Below are positions 36,401 to 46,821 of a stretch of 46,821 nt of DNA, piece after piece. The position numbers and the translations under genes are program-made. The stretch comes from Octopus bimaculoides (lineage: Eukaryota), in NCBI RefSeq assembly GCF_001194135.2, contig NC_068990.1, positions 8,664,984 to 8,711,804 on the forward strand, read 5' to 3'. The number at the start of each line of letters is the position of its first letter. Position 1 is the first letter of the stretch. The notes beneath the pieces were generated by a model. The model was given only the letters and a program-made list of their open reading frames with translations. It had not been told where the DNA came from and made no database searches.

Positions 36401-38724
36401 AGATAAAAACGTTTCGTTTTACATCTACAATCTGATTTCTGGCATTGTTCGTAGTACTGATATTCCATCAGTGATCTGGTTGTTGATGTTCGGCGAAATG
36501 TTTGAACACTTTATAGTATTTAGCATTATGGAGAAGGAAATAAAAGAAACAACGTTACAATATATACCCGTGTTTTAAGCGGATATCATATTTCTTCCAT
36601 GTAATTGTTTAGTTTTAACACGTGATCTCAGATCAAGCCATTGTGAAGCAACAACGAAATGTATGATTGAGTATGCAAGTATCATGGTATGTATATGCTG
36701 TGTTTATGTGTATGTCTATGATGCGTGTCTTTAACATACAACATTTGAAATGGTGAACAACCAATATATCTTTGCAACGTCTTCATAGATTTGATAGGCC
36801 TAGATAAAAAAAGATTTCTTACTTTCACTGTTAAAGGCAGATTACGTGTAGTAACTGAGTTAATGCTTATAATTTTGGCATCTCCATGCTTGACCCGGTC
36901 TTGATGTGTTAAATCAAGACTCTTCATCAACTCAAAAGTTTCTCAGATATCACACAAACGTTGGATCGCAATCAGATCATATAATATGCTTATTAGGATG
37001 ATAACCATAACTATGGCTACAGTTCTCATATAAATAGTCGGCTTTAGGACATGGATTAATGGTATCATGATTCTGGTGTTTGATCGCAGCTTTGAATGAA
37101 GTTGATCAAATCAATAAATGTCACATCTAACTCCGTTGTAACATATGGACTTTGGATGGGGACATGTTTAATTATCACTCCTTGGAAATCGAAAAGAAAC
37201 CAAAAGTTTCTCATTTATTTAATGACGCGGGATGTCAATCCTCTACAGGCAGTCAGGGCACCGATAACATATCTTTGAGCATCCCCTAACACTTTCTCCA
37301 AATAAACCAATTTAAACTACCTAGATATTGCATATGTCCCAAACAACATCAAACATAATTTTTGGTGTCAGTAGAGTCAGCTCACGGTAATAGTTGTTCT
37401 TGGTGCCCGGATCATTATATCAGAATCATGAAATCGTCAGCAACATTCTTATTTGTGACCTCCAGAGAGTATGCCTATGAAATCTTACATGCATTAATTT
37501 AATGAAATACTCTGTACGTTTATTTAGTAGGTGAGTAAAATGGGATCCCAACATATTGTTTTTTACTTAGTATGTATCTGAAGTTAACCAATTGCACTGA
37601 GAGATAAACGGAGAAGATACTAATAGCAAAAGAAAATTGCGATAGATGCAAATCTACGCTGATATACCTGCGCATACACCCTCATAGACTTCACTTATAT
37701 AGCATTAAACTACCACAGATTTTAATGGAACTGAACCGGTAACTATGTTGCAATAAACGAACATCTTACTCAGTTATACATTGTTTAATTTTAAAACAAT
37801 TTTTCTGAATCCCCAACAACAATTCTTTATATTTCTTAATTCTTCAATCGCTAAAATTTCAGTTGGTAAAACAAGACAATATTTCACCAAAACATCACGA
37901 ACATACGTGAAACGTCTTGTGATATTTTCGGTAATTTCAAAATAATTTTCATCAATATTTTATACTCTTAAAATTTTGTCAATGTTTTAAACATTAGCGA
38001 AAATTTAATCCAATATTGAGTGTAATAACTTTCCATACAGCCAATCCAGTATGTTTACTCCAGAAGCGAGTGAAAGAGGTATTAAATGTTTTGAAATGTG
38101 CAATTCCAGAAACAGTGAACCGAAAGAAAGAAGGTGCTGTGATATGCCAGGTGGGTTTAGCTATGGTTAAAGAAGGAGAGGCCGCAATTTATGTAAGTAG
38201 TAATGATTGAGGTTAGTTGGTGAGTAAATTTTGACAGTCAGTTCTATTTTAGTATGGACGGTTTAAGATATTTATGTGTAACAAGCACTGCCTCACAGTT
38301 GTGAGCAGTACCTTAATATTGATCTAATTTGAGCATTGTAGAGCTGATCAGACCTAAAGTAATTGCAGTGCGTACGAGAAAAAGCAGTGTCTGTAGTGTT
38401 GTTTTGACAAGGTTTAGTACATGAGGACGCCATGTGCTATCAAATGTGGCTGTGAGACGCAGCATTTGTAGTGAATTTAATTGTTTCGGTTTAGTGTCGT
38501 TCCAATTAAGAGAGACAAAAGAAGGAGATATTTCATATGTGTAACAACAGTATCGTTGTCCCGTCCAAATATATTAGGATGCTATGAAGCTTTTCATCCA
38601 TCGTTTTAGTTTAGGTCTAGTTTAAAGTGTTTGCATTGCATATATATATATATGACTGCAAGTACGCGTACGTGTGTGTGTGTGAGTGTGTGTGTGTGTG
38701 TGTGTATTTGCGTGTATGTACCAC

Positions 38725-38767
<43 letters not shown>

Positions 38768-39317
38768 ATCATACAATAGTAACGAAGAGTTATCTTGAGC
38801 TCGGCACTGTTTCATGCTTTTCCGAAAAGTGTTTACAAGAATCTTAACTATATCTATGACCAGACGCTCCAATTCTATGATCTGTCTGTATGGTTTACAT
38901 ATGAATGTTACCTACTGAAAGTTTGTAAACAAAAATCCTATGTGTTAGACGGATGGTTTGGTAATGGATGCTTAATCTGCTCTGTTTGTTGTGACAGCCT
39001 ACAATGTTATAGCATTATAACATCAAGACATCTCTAGATCAGAACGTTTAACAACTTTGATGTAGGTTTTATAAATTTTGGACAACAGTTCGGTGATCGA
39101 TCGGATATTTACTGAAGCAGAATGTCTGGTAGTTGTTGCCAAGGTGTATTACACAATGAACAATGAAATAGACTTTAACTTTATTCACCAAAAGAAATTC
39201 GCGTGTATTGAAGAAACTAAAGAAGCGTTGGTTGCTGGGATTTTTGTGATCAGATCTATTTTGAAATGATAGATCCCTGCGTTGTAAGAAGCTTAGTTTT
39301 GGGGTCAGTCTCCGGCC

Positions 39318-39420
39318 GATCAAAAGCCTTGTGAGTAGATTCGGTAGACGAAAACTGAGAGAACATCGTATACACACACAGACACACACATACACATATG
39401 TATGTATTATGTATGTATGT
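39318..39420 (+). mobile_element. SINE family A 5'-half remnant
   Basis: ggccgatcaaaagccttgtgagtagattcggtagacgaaaactgagaga matches the reverse complement of 32094-32155, followed by a CA/TATG tract. Confidence 0.75.
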
Positions 39421-39554
39421 ATTTAATTAGAGGATGTGTAAACCTCATGAAGGGATGGTTTCATCCAAGAAAATACTTTTTCGATACCTAGTATTTTGGG
39501 GTAATGAATTTCCTTAAAATAATAGCTATATATAAAAATATAGTTTATATTCAC

Positions 39555-39960
39555 TTAAAAGAACAAAAGAAAATGGAGATTAGAAGGTCAATAATTGTTT
39601 ATTATTAACAGCAACTTGGTCATCTTCACTTAAATCTGTTTCAATTAAAGCTCAATAAACATTAAATTGACATTAATGTGAGATGAGTACAATATCATCA
39701 GAGGCAAAGAAAGATGTATATTTGCATGTTATATGCATGCTTATGAATTCATTTTTGTTTGCTAAAATGAATTCTTAAGCACCCATATAACATCCATATG
39801 TACATCTTTTTTGCCTCTGATGATATTGTACTCATCTCACATTAATGCAAATTTAATGTTTATAGAGCATTAATTGAAACGGACTTAAGCGAAGATGACC
39901 AATTTGCTGTTAATAATAAACAATTAACTTCCTAATCTCTGTTTTCTTTTCTTCTTTTAA
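39555..39960. repeat. 406-bp near-perfect palindrome (arms about 200 bp, 8-nt loop); fold-back or MITE-like element
   Basis: 39555-39755 versus the reverse complement of 39764-39960, about 89% by hand alignment, including a 38-bp perfect run cattaatgtgagatgagtacaatatcatcagaggcaaa. Loop tgtttgct; TTAA at both outer ends. Confidence 0.95.
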
Positions 39961-40027
39961 ATATATCTATATCTATCTATATATCTATCTATCAAGATAT
40001 TAGATTTATATAGATATAGATATATGT

Positions 40028-40331
<304 letters not shown>

Positions 40332-40357
40332 TATAGATATATCTATGTATATATGTA

Positions 40358-40595
40358 TATGTGTGTATTTGTGTATGTCATTGTGCCTGTGTTTGACGCC
40401 CCCTACACACCTTGAGAACCGGTACTGGTGTGTTCACGTCCCCGTAACATAGCGGTTCGGTAAAGAGAGGGATAGAATAAGTACTAGGCTTTCAATTATC
40501 AAGTACTGGGGTTGAGATTCGTTCAACTAAAATTCTTCAAGGTGGCACCCCAACATAACCATAGTCTCATGAGTGAAACAAGTAAAAGATAAAAG
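40358..40595 (+). mobile_element. SINE family A-related 3' half (opposite orientation)
   Basis: gtccccgtaacatagcggttcggtaaagagagggatagaataagtactagg...gagtgaaacaagtaaaagataaaag; a reverse-complement homolog of 40028-40240. Confidence 0.85.
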
Positions 40596-42339
40596 AAACA
40601 CTAATTTATGCGTTGATATATCTGTCTATACCAGTGTCAAGTGCAGACTATCCTAATTACAGTGATAAAGAAAGGTAACTTTTAATCAGTTGAGATTGCA
40701 ACCGTTATCAGAAAAAATGTCAGTAACTTTAATTGACATTAATCGGAAAACTTTAGTAGCTTTAATAACTTTAATGGACATTAATCTGCAAAGAAGTGAG
40801 AACCTCCTCAAAATGTCATTAGACCAAACACTGAATGGAGTTATGCAGGGGTGAGAATTTGATCTTTGATAGTCTTGCTCACAACTCCGACCACTTTTTG
40901 TTCTTGGTCGATCTCAAAATAATATAATACACAGAACTATCAAGAATTGAGGACGATGGTTAGACATGTATCTTAAATAACAAAGAATTCAATGATGTAA
41001 CAAATGAAAATAATAACAGTGGTAATTCTCCCTAAGGTGTTTCTGCGATCGCGCAATTAGCAAATTGTTCCTACAAGAAAACACTATATATTTTAGATCT
41101 TTTGGAAACTTTTCCTTCCATTGTGTTTCGTTGTGGAGGCCTCATCAGACTGAAACTTGTCGGGAGTTATCATCATAATTACTAGTGTTAAGAATCAGCT
41201 CCTACACATTCCACATGGTGTGTGTTTTAAAAGTAATATTCATTAACTTAAGCAACTTTAACAACTTTACTCCACATTACGTTTTAATTTCGATGGTTTG
41301 AAAATTGTTTTGTCTCACCATATTTAGTGTGGAAGCATGCGATTGTTTATATGTTCTTAATTACAAGACGCTCTTGTTGGAAAATGCTACAATGTGATTG
41401 TCTCAATTTTTCAAGCTATTTGGACGTGTTTAAGAATGGAAATAGACATACGTAACCTTTGAATGGAAACTGATTTCCAGAGCTTTTTTTGCAGATATTT
41501 GTTATGTCTGTGAGAATGTCAGCGAAATTAAAGAGTTACAAAAAGGAATTGAAATCTAGTTGTGGTTTTCTTTCACTACATTGCTGTTGTACTTATTCCG
41601 CCCGCAAATTACTGCTTTTTATCACAGATAATATGTCCGCTACCAACCCGTCTCTAGGCTTATGTAAGACTGCATAACACAACGTTTCTTTCCTTAGTGC
41701 AATATGGGAATGATGTAGATGCAAATTCGAGACCACTTTGAGATACTTTTCTTTGTCGATTAATTGAGTGCAGCACATGGGATAACTAAAAGGAAATCCA
41801 TGATTTTGAGATTAAACAATAGCTTTAAGCTGTTAAGATTACTTATAATGCTATAAAACTTATAGACTGTTGTATTTATACTGTTAGAAGGAAATAACAA
41901 TAAGAAATGTTAAAAGTTTATAAAACGACGAAACGTTGCCCACAATATATTTGTCGATGGGAAGCTTAATCATCGTTACAGTTTCTATATTTTTCCTATA
42001 TTAAAGCAGCAGGTAAACTATAGAATGGAATGTATAAAATCTAATGGACCATGAAGGCAGAGCTGTCGATATACTTATCCTTGCAGTTGACGAAGGCAAC
42101 TTAATTTGAAAGATGATATTTTCTTGACGTCATTTACTTCGACCGGAAATCCTACGTACAGCAATAAATTGGATGATGTATATCTTAACAACCATAGTGA
42201 AATGAAGTGCAAAGTTGGCCTCGAAAGGATTAAAAGCGTAGAGCGAAAACAAACATAACTAAATACTATAACACATTTTCTCCCTCCCACTGCTCGGTGG
42301 AAAGTGTAAAAGCAAATAAAACAAAGGCATATGCGTGAG

Positions 42340-42520
42340 TCAAACATAATGTGTTACTGCTGTCATCGGAGCATTGTGTTCAATACCACCCAACGTGAAG
42401 AAATATTTGGATACTTTGGAAATATCCTACAATCTTGGAGTATTGCAAAAATCGGCTTTACTTGGAACTGAACGCATTTTACGTAAAGTACTGACTGTCT
42501 AAGGTCTTTGTGATTCGATA
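42340..42520 (+). mobile_element. Dong/R4-like (restriction-like endonuclease) LINE 3' end, copy 1
   Basis: VIGALCSIPPNVKKYLDTLEISYNLGVLQKSALLGTERILRKVLTV* (stop 42500-42502), matching the conserved C-terminus PVVIGALG...LQK.ALLGTA.ILRKVL. Not in the ORF track. Confidence 0.8.
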
Positions 42521-42530
42521 GACAATACAA

Positions 42531-42766
42531 ATCCCCAGGTACCAGGACCTAGCTATTGAGTTACAAAGACTATGGGAACGTAGGGGGAAACGTATTCCTG
42601 TAGTTATAGGTATATTAGGAACTAGCCCTAAAGATTTGAACAGGTGGATAGAGGAAATAGGCATAAAGCCTAGTTCAGTGCACCGCTAGAAAACAGTGTT
42701 ATTAGAGACAGCTAGGATGCTTAGAAAAGTTCTTAGCATCTAAGGTTTCTTTTTGTAGTCCGATGT
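42531..42766 (+). mobile_element. Dong/R4-like LINE 3' end, copy 2 (different subfamily)
   Basis: RYQDLAIELQRLWERRGKRIPVVIGILGTSPKDLNRWIEEIGIKPSSVHR*KTVLLETARMLRKVLSI* (stop 42741-42743). Confidence 0.8.
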
Positions 42767-43955
42767 TAGATTTTTTTCTCTTCCAACAGTTTAATTTGCT
42801 GTGCGTACATGAAATAATAAAAAGAATATTTTTGTTATTAGCTTCAAGGTTTCGGAAAACACAAGATACGATGACCGTTTAAGAAAGAACACGTATAACA
42901 ACTTGTGTAATGAGAAAAATAGTTGTACAAAGACGACGAGAGGGACGAAAAACGTTATACAACTATAATACAGAAAAGTCAGCAATTTATAAAATAAAAT
43001 AATGATACAGAAATAAAAGACATATTTAATAAATCCCACAATAATTTTAAAATGATGAAATTAAGAAGAAATATAGGATGAAAAATATTTAGGATTCATC
43101 TCGCATACAGAAGAGAAACTGCATGCAAAGTTGAGTTAGAGCACACGAGTTCCAACTTGCCCCTCATTGCAGCTGCTGTCTCGTACATCCAAAAATATTT
43201 ATTTGCAGTTTTGAACTTGGTCGGAGTAGATAACGTTTTGTAATATTTTGGTATTGTTTTTGTCCAAACACCGTTCCCCTACATTCATTCCAATCCTCCC
43301 CCTGCAACTCTATCGGCAGGGAGTATATGAGTGCGAATAAAAAAAAGGTAAAATAGCATCAAAAGCCCTGGTCTAAAAGCAGAAACTAAAGTAGGAATTT
43401 AGCTGCACACAGTTAATGCGTGACTACAAATACCGTTAAACAAAATAGTGAAAAATAGCAAGTTAAGTTATAGACCAGACATTCAGTACAATGAAACAAT
43501 CAACATCGTTAGTTCTGGCTCGCAAGTGCATTCAACGTCTGTCTATATTCAGTTATGTCAATAGGCAACATACTGAATATTCAATATGAAAAAGAAAATA
43601 AACTGTATATGCTTGTAGCAAACATGGTACATGACAGCAATCTGATCACAGCCATCTGTCTACGCTGACGAGATGAAGGAAACCCATTCAGATATAATTA
43701 TCAAGCAATAAATTTAAATCTTAATGCTCCGGAAACTATTTCAATATCTTCTGATCGAGACATCATCTTGAAGGAAGCCGGCAAACTGCCAAGGATCTTG
43801 AGACTGAAAATTAGGAAGCAGAGTATAGAAGTGAAAGTATCTATAAAAATCGAAGAACTTGGCATGACTAAGAATAAAACAAACAAAAAATCTTACTAAG
43901 TCACATTACTCAAGTTACCGTTACAATAATAGCTGTGCTAATCACTACTACACAC

Positions 43956-44914
43956 TACGTAGCTGGGCTGAAAAGTTGATAGGCTCACTATGAAGTGGTG
44001 ATGCTTGAGTTGTGAGATCATGCATTATTAATTTCAACTCTTTTTATTGATAATTCCATTGTTTGTTTCCCGATGAACAGACGTATAACTGTTCAAAGAA
44101 GACTTCAAAACCAACTAGTAGCGACTTATCTTGAAAATGAACAAACATTAGCATCATGGTGTTATCAATTACCTTCAGAAAACTCGTTTAGCTCTCGAGT
44201 TCATTCATACTGACGTGCTTGCTACATTAAGTTGTGAACTCTAGCTTTATCAATAGTGCAAAAGTGGGCAGTTGAATATCAGAGGGGAAAGGAAAGACTT
44301 GAAAATGACCCAAGGTCTGGAAATCCTACAACTGATATTGATCGTGTTCACCACAGGCGATTGGCGATAATTCAAATATTAGTATATCCCGTGTGAGAAT
44401 TGAGAATATTCTGCACAATGAACTTGGAATGACGGAGGTCTCTGATCGGTGGGTGCTAAATCTTCTGATACATAATCAAAATTACACCAGGCTGATCCCA
44501 TCACGGGAAAATCTGACATTGCTTGAGGCAGATCCAGTTGGTTTCCCTGGACGTTTCCTTACCCTGTATAAGTGTTGATTTCATCACTTTCAGGCAGAAA
44601 GCGGTTTTCAATCGCTGCTACGCTTGACTGTGGCTTTGAAATGGTTTATCCTCCCTCCCTATTCTCCTGATTTGGCTCCATCTGACTATTATTGGTTCCA
44701 CAGCATGAGAAAACACTTATCTGAGAATCAGTATTGCAGGGATGATGACGATATATCTGCTGATGATCACGTTTTTGACAGGATGAAAGTTTGTTCACCA
44801 ATGGAATTCAAGCACTGCAACACTGATGAAGAAGTAAGTGCGCAGCAAGGGCGATTATGTTGAAAAATAAACGTCATTTGGTCACATTCCATGCAAGTAT
44901 CTTGGTCAGCCTAT
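43956..44914 (+). mobile_element. Degraded, internally deleted mariner element with a truncated right TIR
   Basis: Left TIR tacgtagctgggctgaaaagttgataggctcac; RIENILHNELGMTEVSDRWVLNLL; PPYSPDLAPSDYYWFHSMRKHL; GDYVEK*. The inner part of the right TIR, gtcagcctat, ends at 44914. Confidence 0.9.
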
Positions 44915-45482
44915 TCTCAGTACAAAACGTCAAAAGAGCTGCTCTATTTTTATTACATTTTCCAATCCCATGTCGATCTAAAACAGGTCACGAAACGAAG
45001 TCCTTTCCAACTCCTGCGTTGAAATCTCCCAATATGATCAGCTTATCAGAAATTGGTACTTTCCTCAATAATTCTGCTAGATCATCATAAAACTGTCCTA
45101 CAGTTTCATCCGAATGGGACATTGTTGGTGCATAAATACTGACAACGATAAGAAACCTACCTTTTGTCAGTTTAATACGGCATGACATGGTTCGTTCAGA
45201 TACACCACTTGCAAATTCTGCAACTGAGGACACTAATGAATTCTTGAGAATAAACCCAACACCAGATTCTCTACGCTGACCCTTAGGTAGGCCTTTCCAG
45301 AAGATAGTATATCCATAAGCAGATTCCATTACTTGACCCTCACCAGAGAGGCGAGTTTCAGAGAGCGCAACTATATCAACGGAATGTTACTTAAGCTCAC
45401 ATGCAATAAGTGCAGTACGCCTTTCTGGCCTCTTGTTGAAATTATCATTAAAAAGAGTGCGCACATACTAACAGCCAGAATT
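44915..45482 (-). mobile_element. RTE-clade LINE, AP-endonuclease domain fragment (pseudogenised)
   Basis: RPERRTALIACELK*HSVDIVALSETRLSGEGQVMESAYGYTIFWKG...RESGVGF...IVVSIYAPT...FYDDL...KLIILGDFNAGVG...*PVLDRHGIGKCN; classic RTE/BovB-type endonuclease motifs. Confidence 0.95.
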
Positions 45483-46102
45483 CAAAAGATATATATATAT
45501 ATATATATATATNNNNNNNNNNNNNNNNNNNNNNNNNNNNNNNNNNNNNNNNNNNNNNNNNNNNNNNNNNNNNNNNNNNNNNNNNNNNNNNNNNNNNNNN
45601 NNNNNNNNNNNNNNNNNNNNNNNNNNNNNNNNNNNNNNNNNNNNNNNNNNNNNNNNNNNNNNNNNNNNNNNNNNNNNNNNNNNNNNNNNNNNNNNNNNNN
45701 NNNNNNNNNNNNNNNNNNNNNNNNNNNNNNNNNNNNNNNNNNNNNNNNNNNNNNNNNNNNNNNNNNNNNNNNNNNNNNNNNNNNNNNNNNNNNNNNNNNN
45801 NNNNNNNNNNNNNNNAAATCATTATTAAACAGGAACCAGGTTTCGGATTTAACAAATTCTTACCATTTGTCTAGTGATTTTAAATGTATATATATATATA
45901 TATATATATGAATCCGAATCATGTAAAAAGAACGCAACAGACGACAATAATACATCCGGACAGATAGGCGATGCGAAGGCGGAAAGGAAAAACAATAAAA
46001 AATAAAAAGACAACGTATTTAGATACATGTGTATGTAAGTATATATATATAGACACACACACAGATACGTGTATATAAAAAATATATAAACTGTATAATA
46101 AT

Positions 46103-46160
<58 letters not shown>

Positions 46161-46523
46161 AAGAGAGAGGTATATAAATTATATTTGTCTCCGAATCGAT
46201 CTATATGCGAAAGTATGCGTGTCTGTTTAAATGTATAGAAGGGAATATGTATATATATGCATGTACTGTTGTGTATTTCTCTGCTTCTACATCTACGTAT
46301 TAACGACCATGTGTAAATATATCTGCAGTTTTTCTCTTCTATCGACATAAGAATCTCATATGGTATCTATGGAAACTTCTTGTCTGTTCATTTAAAGTTG
46401 TTGCTCATTAGCATTAGAAAATCTTGTACTAAAGTCCTAGATTATACTAAACCTCCTGAATGATGCAAGAAATAACATTACAACTGAGATGTACCATGTG
46501 TTCTGATTATGGAATCTGCTTAC

Positions 46524-46577
46524 CTTATTTGACGACGTCATGACAAGTAGCTCTGGCTTATGCACTGGCAGGTCCAT
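46524..46577 (-). CDS. Speculative first coding exon (MDLPVHKPELLVMTSSNK)
   Basis: An ATG followed by 18 codons and a strong phase-0 donor AATAAG|gtaagc. No homology support. Confidence 0.2.
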
Positions 46578-46770
46578 ACGTATTCGTAAGCATTTTCTTT
46601 TCTCACTATATTTGTGTATGCGTTTGTTTGTGCATATTTGTATGTGTGTTTCTGTGTATATGTGTGCCTGTAAATGCATATATATGTGTGTGTGGGTGTG
46701 TGTGTGTATGTATATATAAATATATATATACATATCTATATGCATATATGTTTATATATACATATGTATG

Positions 46771-46821
<51 letters not shown>

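Noticed and set aside
18139-37430. Short hairpins or inverted repeats of 8-11 bp (18139-18215, 25380-25402, 30927-30951, 33068-33101, 37067-37430)
   Set aside because: Too short to exceed chance expectation in 47 kb of low-complexity DNA.
41110-41165. Second hammerhead-like motif (CTGATGA...GAAAC on the minus strand)
   Set aside because: Stem II does not pair and there is no correctly placed GUH/stem III.
43700-43900. Plus-strand stop-free frame of about 64 codons (QAINLNAPET...KKSY)
   Set aside because: No start codon, no convincing splice sites, no recognisable motif; the length is attainable by chance.

Overview
Eukaryotic, AT-rich, repeat-dense genomic DNA from a gapped draft assembly: 13 N-runs, about 4.0 kb in total, most of them flanked by microsatellites. 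The SINE families look like those I know from Octopus (coleoid cephalopod) genomes; that assignment is recall-based inference, not a search result. I found no CRISPR array, rRNA, true tRNA gene or prokaryotic operon. One host gene can be supported, on the minus strand, with three phase-compatible coding exons. Exon 30463-30325 encodes the C-terminal half of a CARD/death-fold domain. Exon 27527-27415 encodes a linker. Exon 6795-5542 is a 1.25 kb terminal exon encoding a coiled-coil plus a basic low-complexity tail. Its 5' exon(s) were not securely found. The rest is intron or intergenic DNA filled with decayed elements: four mariner pieces, RTE, CR1-like, Penelope-like, Dong/R4-like and possibly L1/Tx1 LINE fragments, at least three tRNA-type SINE families, and microsatellites. 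The most striking unexplained structure is the number of long inverted repeats or fold-backs: 3451-3977, 10664-10805, 16970-17286, 22566-24283, 23652-23760, 39555-39960 and 40028-40595. Almost all other ORF-track entries are microsatellite, N-run or transposon artefacts. Alignments and identities were estimated by eye and coordinates of degraded elements are approximate.
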